Assembly: GCF_009914755.1 (NCBI RefSeq)
Contig: NC_060945.1
DNA length: 64,000 nt
DNA from: the human T2T-CHM13v2.0 reference genome, Homo sapiens
Reading direction: 5' to 3' (one strand)
The position numbers were made by a program, and so were the translations under genes. Of this stretch, positions 38,242-58,508 are shown piece by piece. Below the pieces are notes generated by a model. It was not told the origin of the DNA. It was given only the letters and a program-made list of their open reading frames with translations, and made no database searches. Position 1 is the first letter of the stretch. Every line of letters starts with the position of its first letter.

Positions 38242-39232
38242 TGCTAATGGAAAAACCAAACTCTGTTAAAATATTTGAAAGAGGTTTATTCTGAGCCAAA
38301 TATGAGGGACCATGGCTCTGGGAACAGTCTCAGGAGGTCCTGAGGAAGTGTGCCTGAGGCTGTCAGGATGCAGTTTGATTTTATACATTTCAGAGAGGCA
38401 GGAATTGTAGGTAAAATCATAAATCAATACATGGGAGGTGTACTTGCCCTCCCTAAAGAGGCAGGACACCTTGAAGGAGGGGGAGCTTACCAGTCATAGG
38501 TGGGTTCAGAGATTTTCTGGTTGACGATTGCTTGAAAGAGTTAAACTTTGTCTACAAACTTGACATCAATAGAAAGAAATGCCTGAGTTAAGGGCAGTGT
38601 TAGAGGCCAAAGGTATGTAGATGAAGACTCTGGGTAGCAGCCTTCAGAGAGAATAAATGGTAAATGTTTCTTTTCAGGCCTTAGAGGCAGCAGGCTCTCA
38701 GTTAATCTCTCCTAGATTCAGGGAAGGCCTAGAAGGGGAGAGGTCTGACTGCATTAATGGAGATTCTCTACAGGTGCAAATTCCCCCCCCACAAAACATG
38801 GCAGGGCCATTTCAATCTGTTGGTCCTGTTACAGCCGTTTCAAAATATGTCCACAAAATATATTTTTAGGTAAAATATTTGTATTTCCTTTAGGGTCTGC
38901 AATCTGTCTTGTGATGCTATACCAGAGTCGGGTTGGAAAGTAAGCCATTTTATACTGAGTTCATGGAAACTCATCCAAGGAGATTTCATGGTTTGTGGGG
39001 TGTGTGTGACTTAACCCCTGCCTCACATGACTTTATAATATGGTATCTTACTACTCCAGAGTCTTTTTGGCCAACCTTATGATCTCAATTTCAACCTAAA
39101 CTCCAAAAGGGCCTGGCTTCTCTTCCTGTTACGGCCAGGAATTCAGATTTTCAGGTTTCTCTGGGGTCCACTTGGCCAAGAGGGGGTCTGTTGAGTTGGC
39201 TGGAAGGCATAGGATTTTATTTCTGGTTTACA
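38242..39232 (-). mobile_element. MER4-family ERV1 LTR
   Basis: gaggtttattctgagccaaatatgag...ctcaggaggtcctgag...ttttatttctggtttaca. Confidence 0.7.
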
Positions 39233-39557
39233 ACAATTTCCTTAGTGCAGCATTGGAATGCAATGGTAGCAGACTAAATGGAAGCTATCGCGTAGACACA
39301 TGCTTTGATTGATACTGCACGATTCAGTTAACCTGAAGTACAATCTAATTCATCCTAGGGAAGGAGGCAGTGAACACAGACACAACTCAGGTAGAGCCCT
39401 TGGGATGTGTAAACACCTGAGGAGGTAAAGCAAATTGTAATCTCTCGGTTTATCAGATGTCCCCATTGCCTTACTATTTGGATGCTTTAAAGCAGGGCCT
39501 CTCAAACTCCACCCAGCACGGAGGCCTCCTGGGATCTTGTGGAAATGCAGATGCTGA

Positions 39558-39893
<336 letters not shown>

Positions 39894-40441
39894 TCTGCAT
39901 TTCTAACGGGCTCTCAGGGGTCACCATACTACTGGATAGAGGCCACACTTGGAGGAGCAAGGCTCTAAACCGAGGGTCAACATCCATTCCTCCAGACACT
40001 GGGAGCTGCATGCACGTGAGTGAAGCCAGTTAAGGGGAAGACAGGCATGCACATCAGCTTCTCCTGCAGCCAAGCTCACACCTGTCTGCTGCTTCCACTG
40101 CCTCCTAGAATGAACAGTTACCTTGAGAGTAGGTGAGGCATATACATGCACAGAATCCAAACAATAGGATGAGTGACAATGGCAGAGGAGTCTCCGAGCC
40201 AAGCAGCTCCCTGGACAGAAGCAGCCCTTCTCCGCGTTCATTTCTGTCCTCCGAGGCTGACTCATGCACTCAAAAGCTCCCATGCATATACATTTTATAA
40301 TGGTTTTTACACAAAGGTTAGCAGAGGAGTGGACGTGCTGCTCTGTACCCTGCCTCTTTTGCTGTACCTGGGAGATTGTTCTGCCTCAGTTCTGATGGGG
40401 CTGCCTTGTTCTTTTCAATGGCTGCTGAGTATCCCATTTTA

Positions 40442-41743
<1,302 letters not shown>

Positions 41744-42689
41744 TTGTTGGGGTTTTTTGACAGCCTAATAGGTGAAAATGACATCTCATTACAATCTTAA
41801 TTGGCATTCTCTTATGACAACAAGCTGGTACATCTTTTTGTGTGTTGAGGGTTATTTCTATTTCTTGCTCAGCAAACAGTTCATCCAGGAAGAGCTTCTT
41901 GGTGAGATAGTAGACCTCTGCGATTTCTGTTGCAGACGATCTACATTTTGTCATTTGCTTTGTCATTTTTGTCTATGGTGGTTTTAGACTATGCGTAAGT
42001 TTTCTAGAGCAGAAACTCAAGTTGGATTTGGGCCTCAGTGGTTATTGCCATACTTTAAAAGGACTTTGTCTCCCTGAGATGATAAATGAGGTGGACAATA
42101 TTTTCTTTAAGTAATTTCTTATTTTAACTGTTACATGATACCTTTGGCCCATTTGGAGTTCTTTGATGTCAAGAATGAGGCAGGATCCAGATGGCAGCAG
42201 AGGTCCCAGTCCCATCCTGGAAGGGTCGTCTAGTTCCCACTGGTACTCCACACGCCCACTCAGGCACTCACTTCCCCTCTGCGTTGGGTCTTGTCTGCAA
42301 GACTCTCTTATGTTTTACCATCTAGTGCAGCCAGCACCCCCACATCACCCTCACTTTTTCTTTCTTTAAATTGTGCAGAAATATTCATCATGTCTATTTT
42401 GCCATCTTAACCATTTGGGGGTACATAGTTCAGTGGCATTAAGTACATTCATATTGTGCCAGCATCACCAGCAGCCACCTCCAGGACCCTATCACCTTCC
42501 CACACTGAAACTCTGTCCCCATTAAACACATTCCCCATTCCCCGCCCCTGAATCCCTGACAGCTACCATCCTACTGTCTGTCTCTGTGAATTCAACTAAC
42601 CTGAGTACCTCATAGGAGTTGTGACTGGCTTGTTTCATGCAGTATGATGTCCTCATCCAGGTGGTAGCAAGTGTCAGAGTTTCACGCCT

Positions 42690-42890
42690 ATTTATTTATT
42701 ATTATGAGACAGAGTCTTGCTCTGTCGCCCAGCCTGGAGTACAATGGCGCGATCCCAGCTCACTGCAGCCTCCCCCTGCCTGGGTTCAAACAATTCTCCT
42801 GCCTCAGCCTCCCATGGTGTGCCGCCACACCTGGCTATTTTTTGTATTTTTAGTAGAGACGCGGTTTCACCACGTTGACCAGGCTGGTCT
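42690..42890 (-). mobile_element. Partial Alu next to an L1M fragment
   Basis: Antisense Alu, internally deleted and truncated. Confidence 0.8.
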
Positions 42891-43211
42891 GGAAATGCAG
42901 TTTTTGCACTGTCTGCCTGCTTACCTTTATAGAGCATATTTTGCCCTCTTCCATCAGAATTACCCATTTAATGGTCAGGAAAAGCTGCTGGGAATATGAC
43001 TCATAGCTGGGACATTCTCTGCACTGTGCATAGTTCCTCTCTGCCACCACCATGGAGGAGATTGATGGGTTTGAAACCCAGGGGAAGGTCATTGCCCTGC
43101 GAGGGTCTCCCTCATTGAGAATCTGGATCCCCTCATGTGCACATGGTGAGGTCAGAGTCCCCTCCTCACAGTGTCCCCTCCACCCTCCCGTGAACTGTTC
43201 TTTCCTTCCAG

Positions 43212-43442
43212 GAGGCCAGCAAGCGCATCTCCAGCCACATCCCTTTGATCATCCAGTTCTTCATGCTCCAGACGTACGGCCAGCAGCTTCAGAAGGCCAT
43301 GCTGCAGCTCCTGCAGGACAAGGACACCTACAGCTGGCTCCTGAAGGAGCGGAGCGACACCAGCGACAAGCGGAAGTTCCTGAAGGAGCGGCTTGCACGG
43401 CTGACGCAGGCTCGGCGCCGGCTTGCCCAGTTCCCCGGTTAA
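43212..43442 (+). CDS. MX1: MxA last coding exon (GED/BSE helix), stop TAA at 43440-43442
   Basis: [19 protein letters not shown]...RRRLAQFPG*; the 13 exons sum to 1989 nt = 662 aa + stop. Confidence 0.98.
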   Translation, partial: EASKRISSHIPLIIQFFMLQTYGQQLQKAMLQLLQDKDTYSWLLKERSDTSDKRKFLKERLARLTQARRRLAQFPG

Positions 43443-43875
43443 CCACACTCTGTCCAGCCCCGTAGACGTGCACGCACACTGTCTGCCCCCGTTCCCGGGT
43501 AGCCACTGGACTGACGACTTGAGTGCTCAGTAGTCAGACTGGATAGTCCGTCTCTGCTTATCCGTTAGCCGTGGTGATTTAGCAGGAAGCTGTGAGAGCA
43601 GTTTGGTTTCTAGCATGAAGACAGAGCCCCACCCTCAGATGCACATGAGCTGGCGGGATTGAAGGATGCTGTCTTCGTACTGGGAAAGGGATTTTCAGCC
43701 CTCAGAATCGCTCCACCTTGCAGCTCTCCCCTTCTCTGTATTCCTAGAAACTGACACATGCTGAACATCACAGCTTATTTCCTCATTTTTATAATGTCCC
43801 TTCACAAACCCAGTGTTTTAGGAGCATGAGTGCCGTGTGTGTGCGTCCTGTCGGAGCCCTGTCTCCTCTCTCTGT

Positions 43876-43881
43876 AATAAA
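43876..43881 (+). terminator. MX1: MX1 polyadenylation signal AATAAA
   Basis: AATAAA followed by a GU/U-rich element (tgttttgtatttt at ~43910). Confidence 0.9.
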
Positions 43882-44199
43882 CTCATTTCTAGCAGACACT
43901 GCTCTGCCATGTTTTGTATTTTGGCGAGAAGCCTGAAACTAGCAGGTAGGGTGCAGTGGAGCAGTGGACGTAAAGCTGCCCTCTGTGGCGGGGCCAGGTA
44001 GGAGCAAGCAAAAGAACAGGGTCTGATGATTTCCTAGAGACTGGAGGGAAATGGGGGAACACACTTTAAAAAATGAAACAATATGAAGCCAACGGTGCTA
44101 ACTTAATAATGTGCATTGATCAAATGTCCAATTTGTTGAGTCACTGGGCACCTGGCATGGAGTTGAAAAGCACAAGGCCCAGTCAGGAAGCGGTTGCCA

Positions 44200-44510
<311 letters not shown>

Positions 44511-46028
44511 TTACCTGCAGAGGCTGTGGCTGGGGGAGCGGTCTGGGAAGCAGAGAAGGCGGAACACTAACCTTGGAGGAGAACCTGACTGAAGTTCTCT
44601 GGTCTAGCCTGGTTGGGGGAGACTCGAGCCACACTCCTACGCCCTGACTCTGAGAACCATGGCTCCCAATCAGTGCTGCTGCTGGGCCTCCTCACCATGA
44701 GGCCAGGGCAGGCTCAAGGGCAGGAAATCGAACAGTGGACTAGATGGATGGGGCAGGAGAGGACCGGACACTCTGTCCCTTAAGGGGAGAGTTGAAGGAT
44801 CAGGATTGCCCCAGCCTAGGAAAGAGAAGGCCAAAAGGCAACAAGAGAGATGAAGTGTGAGCACCAAGGTGTGACATCCTCTGGGGAGGTATATTCTAGA
44901 TGATCAGTGTGGGGAATGGGGGTACTTTCTACAGAGGGGCCCCCGGATGGCATGGCTTCCTCAAGAGCTGTGAGGTCCCAGGCAGTGGGGGCATCAGGCC
45001 AAGCTGCACAGCTGCTTGTCAGGTTGGGGGTGGGGGCTGGACCAGCAACACCATCCTCTCCCCTCTGGACCACGCCCCCCCATCCCAGATCTCTTCTGAC
45101 TCTTGGGACTGTGTAATTTTCAATTCTTCGGGAAGTTTGAGAATACATTTATAAGAGAGGATGTCCGGAGAGCAGTGGACATTTCACAAGCCCAGGTCAG
45201 CAGCTGCCGCTGGGCAGCAACTTTATGGTTCCCCCAGGTGCTGAAGTGCACCTGCAGGTTGACTTGATCTACTGTTAACAGAGGGTGATCAGTTTGACTC
45301 ATGCTTAAGGGAGAGACGACACCAACACACACACAGAGGTTTGCAAGAGTAAGGCAGGGTGGATCCAAACATTCTTAATTCAATACTAGGCACGCGTTCT
45401 CGCAGTGGACATGGCCCAGGTCCTCTGGCTGTGTTGGTGCATCAGACAGCTCGGCCCTTCCATGAGGCAGGTGCCCTCTCGTGGCAGGCCTGGGAAACTT
45501 CTCCACTACAAGACGTCCCTTCCTTCCACCACCACCCAAATCAGTCTTCCACTTGCCTTAAGTTTCTGCTGCACGGGAAACAGAGTCAGAGGTGTCAAAG
45601 TGTTGCACAGGATTCTATTTTGCTGTTGTTAGAATTTTGCTAGTGATAACCAGAGAGGATGGAGGAAGAAAGTTGACAGTATGTGTCCCAGAGAACAGCA
45701 ATTTCAATTTCCCCAGCAGAGTGAACCTGCTGGGGATGCCCCAAGGTGCCCGCAAGGATGTTCCTTTCAGCCAAAATGAACATGTGTGGTGATCCCCCAG
45801 GCCTGTCCTAACTAGTCATCCAGAGCCGAGAGGGGAGTGGCCCCAGCGGCCAGAACTGGGAGAGAGCCCTGGAGACCACTTTGTGTGACTCCTTCCTGCA
45901 CTTAGAGGGGCCCTGAGTTCAGGCAAGCAATGGAACTGCCCCTCCCTACCCACCCCTCCATTCCCAGCCATGACGGGCAGCGCCGGCATCACACCCTGCT
46001 CTCCGGCTTCCGTGGCCTGCCCTGTAAG

Positions 46029-46393
46029 TGAGGCAGGAAAATCGAGTCTGGAGGCAGGAATGTAAGGCTGATTCACACTTCAACTCTAACAGGGACTATC
46101 CCCTCCACAGGGAGTATGCCGAGTAAATGACTTTGTAACTTTACTTTATCCTCTTCATTTACATAGGGCCCCCAAAGTAACCAATGGAAACCTCTAGAGG
46201 GTATTTAAACCCCCCAAAAACTGTAATGGGGCCATTGAGCCCCTAGGCTCGGGCCGCTCCCACCCTGTGGTGTGTATTTCATTTTCAATACATCTTTGCT
46301 TTTGTTGCTTCATTCTTTTCTTGCTTTGTTTGTGTGTTCTGCCTAATTCTTTGTTCAAGACACCAAGAACCTGGACACTCACCACCAGTAACA
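46029..46393 (+). mobile_element. ERV1 solo LTR (MER51/MER61-like)
   Basis: TG...CA termini (TGAGGCAGG...CAGTAACA); 4-bp TSD TAAG on both sides; CCAAT box followed by TATTTAAA. Confidence 0.75.
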
Positions 46394-46629
46394 TAAGCAC
46401 TGGCTCAATGGTCCATTGACCTGTGCAGAACAGACAGGATTATAATGATGTCTGCTCAGGGACCTTCACTCCAGGCACATCTGGGGCTCAGGGGACCCCA
46501 TAGGATGGGGCTGAGTTAGGAGCAGAGCAATGACAGGGCCAGGAGTGTATTGAACAAACCAAAGTAGAAAGCCCCAGTTTTCTGGAACCCAGGGTCTGTC
46601 ATGCTGCAGGTGCTTAATAAATGCTGTGG

Positions 46630-49043
<2,414 letters not shown>

Positions 49044-49260
49044 ATAATAAGAAGGAGTCATTTGAGGGACCTCTCCAACAGGACAGGCTGCAGGAACTGA
49101 GGGCACCAACCACAGGAGCACCAAGTCTGGCCTTGCCTCACCTTTGGTCCTCTGACCAGCAGCCTCAACATCACCCCCTTATAAGGAAATGGAGGCTGGT
49201 CCTACTCACCAGGCAGAACTTCAAAGATGCAGTGGTTACTTTGAAAAAAAAATCGCATAA

Positions 49261-49266
49261 TTTATT
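49261..49266 (-). terminator. TMPRSS2: TMPRSS2 polyadenylation signal AATAAA
   Basis: TTTATT on the plus strand, ~1.56 kb beyond the stop codon. Confidence 0.85.
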
Positions 49267-50826
49267 TGCATGATATTCATTTTCACAATTGAACTTTACA
49301 GTTTAAAAAAGATACAAAAAAAGACAAACAGTTGTTCACATAAATAAGAAGGGGCAATAAAGAAGGAAGACGTTTTCACCATTACAACACCTTTTAGGAT
49401 GTGTCTTGGGGAGCAAGCACCTTACAGTGCCAACTGTTTCCAAGGTCCCTGGGAATGCTGCTCTCTACAGAGGCATGTGCACAGACGGATCCTGCAAATG
49501 GGATTGCAAGACTTTCCATTTCAAGGTTAAGTCCTAGCTGTAGAATCATTCATTTCATTCTTGCAAACCAGCCTGCTTGGCCAGGAGGCAGAACCATGGT
49601 AGAGTAGTGCTCATGGTTATGGCACTTGGCAATGCAAAAGGGACCCTTCCCCTGGTTGGAAACCCACAGCATTGGAAGGGACCACAGAGAGTCCAAAACA
49701 AAACACATCTTTCTCTTCTTCGCCGCCACCATGGGCACTTTGCTTCAGCACATTCATTTATAGAACGTTAAGTCAGGAGCCAGTCATTTTGTCAAAGCAG
49801 CTGAAATAGGCCACCACTCTTACTTGGCAAAGATGATACAGTTTCAAAGAGTTAAATGAAGGTGGACTACTTGGAGACATCAAAAGCTAAGTTTCCAGGA
49901 GCACTGAGGTAGCAATGTGTAGAAACATAACATGGAAACAGTGTACCTTAAACTGAGCATCCTTGATTTCCCCCATGGACCTCAATTTCCAGTGACTAGC
50001 AGGCCTGAAGAGGCCAACATGGTGCCAGACTTGGCGCCCTGCCAGGACCAAGGGGCATGTGCACTCTCCAGGGTGCTAGGAGCAGGGTCAGGGAGGATGA
50101 GGAGGAAGGCTGAGTCTCCCTCCCAGGAGCCCCACCCAATGTGCAGGTGGAGACCTGCACCAGGAGTGCTCAGGGCAAGTTCCTTTTCAATTGCTTCCCT
50201 CGCACCAAGGGCACTGTCTATATTCTCACCCCATAAGAACAAAAATGTTTCTGTTCCCCTTACAAGTGACTACCACGTCACCACCCATGAAGGGCTGGTC
50301 CCTTTATTTCTGGCCACCATCCAGGGCTGCTAAGGCTCTAAGAACCCATCAGCAAAATCCCCTTGTGGAGAGGTAGGCTGGGGACACTACCAAGTGGCCC
50401 CAGAGGGCAGCCGCTGCAGGTGCCACCTGGCTGTCTCCCTTTCCATGTCTCTCCTTTTTCATCTCAAGTCATCCAGCAGCTGAGAGGTGACAGCTCCATG
50501 CTCATCCAAAATTGGCCCCTGGAAAGGACTCAGCAGGAAGATCTCAATGGGGCAGCCTCCACCCCTCTCCTCCACACTTGACCGCCAGTGCCCACAACCA
50601 GCCGGCCATCACCCCTTGCGGACAAGGGGTTAGGGAGAGCAGGCTGGGCAGGGGAGCCACTGCAGCCTGCACAGAATGGCAGAGAGTGCCAAAGCCAGAC
50701 AAGTTCACTGTTTAATAAAAATGAAGTGACCTCTGAATCATCTCTAAGAGTAAATCATGCACGGGGAAGCAAAACCAGCCCCATTGTTTTCTTGTAAAAC
50801 GACGTCAAGGACGAAGACCATGTGGA

Positions 50827-50838
50827 TTAGCCGTCTGC
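50827..50838 (-). CDS. TMPRSS2: TMPRSS2 last exon coding part (ADG*); 3'UTR extends to ~49240
   Basis: ttgaacAG|GCA GAC GGC TAA. Confidence 0.93.
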   Translation of the reverse strand, partial: ADG

Positions 50839-51664
50839 CTGTTCAAATAGGAAAAAAAAAAGTGTGTTATTTTCTTAAGACAAACAAAGGTGGAAAATAA
50901 TTTTTTCCTCTAGGTTCGCATGAAGCACTTAGAAACCAAATAAGCAAGCTTAATAGCACAAAGGGATCATTCTTCTCTCCAACGTGTTGGTCAGAGTCAG
51001 GCTGAGCATGGCGGGGCAGGAGCTCCGGAAGGAGCGGGCAGCGGATGTGGAGGCCGGCACAACAGGCATCTCTTCAGCAGAGTCTGGGCCTCCCCCGGCT
51101 GCTCTCCTGCCACGCAGCCCTTCCCTCCCTGCACAGCCATGCGGACCCACCTGCAGCCGCCAAACACACCTGGATCATTTCCTAGCTCCATCCTGGTGCG
51201 AGTCCGCCCCTCAGCCTGGCTGACCATCCCAGCCCTGCCAGCTTCCCTCCTGCCCTGCCTCCTCCTCCTGGGGTCATCTGTTTCTAGCACTGGGCCCTGG
51301 GCCAGGTGACGCCCCCTGGGCCCCATGGTCATGGGAAGGCCCTGAGTCCCGCGTGTCATTTGAAGGAGACACAGGTCGGGCCTCAGCGGGAAAGGCCCCC
51401 TGGTTCTGCTCCTCCTTCAACAGACTGGGCATCTGGGAGATTTGGGAGAAGACAGAATAGACTGCTTTCTTCCACTAGTAGCCCAGCCCCAGAAAGCACA
51501 GAAATCTGAGAAAACTATACGTCTGAGGTCCTGGAGATGAGAAGATCTGGTTCTCACCCCCTATCTGGACAATGCCCAAAGCCAGGGCTCTGCTAAGCAG
51601 AGACATCCATGAGGCTCACATGGAACCCCTGAGACCTTCCCTCGTGCTTGAGTCTGGGGCATCA

Positions 51665-52171
<507 letters not shown>

Positions 52172-52397
52172 TCACACAAGCTGAGCCCCAGCGCTTTTCA
52201 TCCAAACACCAGGGGAAATATGCAAGTGAAGCCAGTGAGAGGCAATGGGCAATGGGTGGACACTGGGGGGATGGGGCTGTGGCTGGAGGAAGCAGAGTTT
52301 GCTTCATGCTGACCAGTGGTCACCAGTCAGCTTCCAGCAGCAGAACCACGCCTAACAGATGTCTGGCTTTGGCTCGAGGAATCGGAGAACACAGTCA

Positions 52398-52610
<213 letters not shown>

Positions 52611-53023
52611 TCACAATCTGCCGCACACCACTGACCAGGCCTAGAGGAGTTGGGGGGCGGGGGTCGCAGTGTGAGTTACGAGTGACTGTGTGGGCTTCGA
52701 ATCTCCACCATCAAGGGGTGATGGTAACAGAGATGTAACCCCCAAAGAGATAGCCCCCATCCTGAATTTTAATCTGTTCAAGCTAAAAGTTACTAAATAA
52801 ATTGCCGTTCATAATTTAAAATAGTCTAAATACTTGTTTCTGTTCCACTGGCACTTTTACCAAATACCGGTTTTTCAGAGGGTGTGTGTGATTTGTTGAC
52901 TGTACTTCCTTCTGCCACCAGAAGCGTTCGCACTGTTTGTGGCCGTCACTTCCCATGACTGCCCCGAGCTGGCTCCGTGTCACTGAGGAGGCTCTGCTGA
53001 CCCCAAGAATGCCCTCTCTCTCA

Positions 53024-53332
<309 letters not shown>

Positions 53333-55093
53333 CTATTCTCCAGCCCTGCCCCCGTCAGCTCATCCCAGCACCAACCCCTCTCCTGGGAAACCTGGATTCT
53401 CCTTACAACTGGCGGTGCCTGTGCTGAATGCAGCTCTGGAGTTCAGCTTCAGGGAAAGAAATTCCCAGCTCTGAAACTATAGGGCTCTATCAGTGCCATG
53501 GAATCCCCCTCTTATTCACCCAACGGCTTGGTTCTGCTGAACCAATTTCCCACTCCTCACTGAACCCCACCCAGGACACACAGGCGCCTGTTTCCCCTCT
53601 GGCATGCACACACTCTTCTGGAGCACACGCGACCCTCCCTAGGCCGCCTGCTTCTCGGCTCCCCTGCACATTAGAGCTTCTCAAGACACGGCCTGCACTT
53701 GCCACCTCTGCATTTCCCACTCTCGCTTTGCTGCCTCCCCTCGGGCATCTTCTGGGCACCGTGGGCTTAGTGTGCAAAACCAGAACCCTCCGTCACACCT
53801 TCTCCCACCCCAAATTCTCACCAACCAATATTTCCTGGCTTGAAAAATGGCACCACCCGCCACCCTGGGGCTTCAGCCACAGAGTGGAAAGCCATCGTCC
53901 CTGACTTCTCACTCTCTCTCCCACAGACATGCAACCCATCAGTAAGTCTGGTGGCTCTAGCCCTAGTGTACCCTCATCTCTTCACATCCACGCCCGCACT
54001 CTGCTATGAGCTGGCTTCCTGTCTCAAGGAACCACAGCAATGGACTTGTCACCATCATCCTCGTCTCCATCCATTCATCCCCACTCCCCACGCAGCTGCC
54101 AGATCATGGCACTCCCCGGCTCACGATCTCCCCACCTCAAGCAGATGAGAAGCTGGTGTCTTCACCATAATCCACAAGGACCTATGCAATCTGGCCCCAG
54201 CCCACCTCCTTGGCCCCTTGACCACACCTGAAGATACATGCACTAGCCTTTTTGATGTGTACACATTTTTGCCATTTGAGTCTCAGCTCAAATGCCACCT
54301 CTTCCGAGAAGCCTTTCCTGACCACCCCTTCAAAATAGCCGGGACCTTGTGATCCCCACCCTCAGATGTTTGGAAGTACCTCGCTCAGTTGTTTGTCTCC
54401 CATCTGTCTGACCACACCTGCCCCGTCCCCACCACCGACATCCAGAAGAGAGGTAAAGCTCCTGACAGCAGAGACATTTGTCTTACTCTGTTCACTTCTG
54501 CATTCCCAGCACCTGAGTAGCACCCAGCCTGTACTAGGTGCAGGTGCGCACAAATATTTGTCGATATTCCCTTCATCTTGGATTCCATGAGGTCTTTTGC
54601 CCAGCCTGTGGCTCTACTGTAGTAAGTTTCTGCTGATGAGGAGCCAGGATGCCCCCCACTACCTTCCCTGACGCTCCCCAGAAATCACCCAACCTTTGTA
54701 CTTTTCCCCTTGTTTGAAAGGATTTGTTGTCTGTATGGCCTAGACGCTTTTGAGAAGGATATAAACAATATGTAAAATGAACCTTTGTGCCTGCCACTAA
54801 GCACTTCCAACCCTCCATAAAAATGAAGCAGCCAGGCTCCCTTCATTTGAAAGACTGTCAGAGAGAAATGCAGATTGCAAAGGAAGTGGGTGGAGAGAGC
54901 CTCTCTCTGTGGTTATCAGGGCAGAGGACAGGCTTAGATGTGGCCACCATGGGTCCAGGATGCCCGTCCTCACCAAGCCCCCTGTCACTCAGCCACGCAG
55001 GCCTTGGTGGGATCTCCAGGGCAGCTCTAAACTCACAATGAGTGCAACACAGGAGATCCTGCACCTCTAAACTCGTATGGCCCAGATACTTCA

Positions 55094-55471
<378 letters not shown>

Positions 55472-55634
55472 CTAAGGCCTCGGGCTATGTCTCCACCTGG
55501 CCTTCCCACATGCAGGCTGCTGGGCCTGGCACCCTGGCCACCCTGCCCAGAGGACCCTGCATCCCAACAAGTCCCACATTCTCACTTTCTCCCCCTGCCA
55601 GACCCCTCCTTCTGGCAGGCAAGAAGTTATGCTA

Positions 55635-55692
55635 CTTATAAGTAGAATTATTTGCTAGCTCTGCTTATAAGAGGAATTATTTGCTAGCTCTG
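55635..55692. repeat. 29-bp tandem duplication
   Basis: CTTATAAG(TA/AG)GAATTATTTGCTAGCTCTG x2. Confidence 0.85.
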
Positions 55693-56045
55693 CTTCCAAA
55701 ATTACATATCTCCAGGTGACCAAGACGGGAAAGACACACAGGAGGCAACAGCCAAAAAGCCGATGGAGTCAATGGAGTCAGCTTTCGCCCCAGAGGCACC
55801 ACGCCATTGCTCAGGCATTCGCTCTTCTATATGTGAACCATTTCCCAATGTGAATACAGACATGCTGTAGGGAGGGCTGAGGTTTTGCTTCTTCTGTATC
55901 CACATGGGGCTAGAACATTCCAGACCCTTGGATGGACCAGAGTGGGACCGAATAAGAGGCTAAGAGAAAGCATGTTTGTCCTGAATTAAGCAACTTGGTT
56001 TTAGAATGTATCTTTAAAAATCAAGGATCTTTACACATTTTAGGC

Positions 56046-56250
56046 CAGTAGTTCTCAACTGGAAGTGACTTTGCCTCAAAGCGGATGTTTGGCAATGTCA
56101 GCAGGCAACACTGGTTGTCACAGCTTGGTAGCTACTGGCCTCCAGTGGGTAGAGGCTGGGGACGCTGTTAAACATCCTACAAGGCACAAGAGAGCCCTAC
56201 AACAGAGAACCACCCCAGATGTCAAGGGTGCTGCAGTGGGAAAGCCCTGT
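56046..56250. mobile_element. MER20 DNA transposon
   Basis: cagtagttctcaactgg...tttggcaatgtc...gggtagaggctgggg...gaaagccctg. Confidence 0.8.
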
Positions 56251-56463
56251 TCTAGCCTTTTCCATGCCTGGCTTGAATCACCACCACTCAGTACAGTACA
56301 GAACAGATGTGGTGGCTGCTGCCTCCCCCAAAATGCAGCAGGTGCTCTTAGCCTCTGTGAGCCTCTCCCATTGGCCACCCGCTGCACGCTACCCTCGCTC
56401 AACGCAAATGCCTCCCTTCCATTTGGCATAGCACAAGTGTCATTTCCAATCAACATCTCTTTA

Positions 56464-56706
<243 letters not shown>

Positions 56707-57114
56707 TCAGAGCCATAAACACAGAGCTCTCGGAGGATGAACTTCCAACGTCAGAAGCTGGAGGCAAGACACCCAGAGGCAGGATGGTTCACCAAAAACC
56801 ACACAGGGAGATAGTGGAAGAGGGGCTCGGTCTCCCCTTCTCCCCCACACTCCCCCAACCCCGACTCCCTGCCTCAGCCCCCCACATCATCCTTCTTTCT
56901 GGCTCTTGCATCACCTTCAAGGAATCTGCAGCACCCACAATGGGCCGACATCCCTCCCTGGGGTTTCAAGGCCATTTCTAGCAGGACTGGCCCTTATTTT
57001 CCTTTGTACGCCAAAGCATTTCCTGGCACATGGTAGGTGCTTAATAAATGGATACTAATGAACAGACTTGTCCGATATCAATCAAACCATTTCCTTTATC
57101 CAAGAGTTTCCCTC

Positions 57115-57289
57115 TTAAGAGAATCCCAGCTCCTAGTGGGCCCAGAGCACCCAGTGGTGTGAAGAGGGGGAGAGAAGGGAGCACCCTTGGGTAACAGCCC
57201 TTGAGAGAAACCCAGTTCCTAGAGGGCCCAGAGCACCTGGGGGTGTGAAGAGGGGGAGAGAAGGGAGCACCCTTGGGTAACAGCCCTTG
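57115..57289. repeat. ~87-bp tandem duplication in TMPRSS2 intron 9
   Basis: Two copies, each ending gagagaagggagcacccttgggtaacagcccttg. Confidence 0.88.
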
Positions 57290-57965
57290 CTTCCTTGACC
57301 TTCATAACAGCCCGAGAGGAGAAGGGCATGCCCATCTTATAGTTGTACATGCCATGGATCAGAGACGTTGAGTGAATCGTCTAAGGGCACGCAGCAAGAG
57401 AGGGCTGGGCCAACAGTCAAACCCAGTTCAGCCTCTCTCTAAGGCAGAAAAATACATCCGCCAAGTGAGGCCTCCTCCAAAGCAGCATGTGACCAAAAGC
57501 ACTATGTGTTTAAGGAAAAGGGGAGGGGGTGGTAGCGTCCATAAATGCTAATACTGTCACGGCTAGCCTCACCCCTACCTAACCCTCTGCATGAGCAATG
57601 CTGTGGCCAAGAACGCTTAACCCCAGGGACCTTCCAGCAGGGCAGCCTGAAGCCTGTCTGAGTGTGCCCTCTCCTGGGACTAGCGTCCCGGAGACAGGAT
57701 ACCTCAGGGGGCAGGGGCTTTGCTCAAGGGCAGGACAGAGCTCAGAGGACAGTGGCTGGAAGGAACGCTGGTCACGGCGACATCGTGGAGAATGTTCCAC
57801 CTGCACCCTGTGCCCTGCGTGCAGGGGACACTCAGTGCATACAGCCATGCACTGCCTGGCATGAGCGCACTTGATGTCTCACAGCCCTAGGAAGCAGGTG
57901 CAATACTCTCCCCATTTAAACACAAGGATGCCGGGGCTGCAAGGGTTGAGACCTGCTCAAGGTCA

Positions 57966-58508
<543 letters not shown>

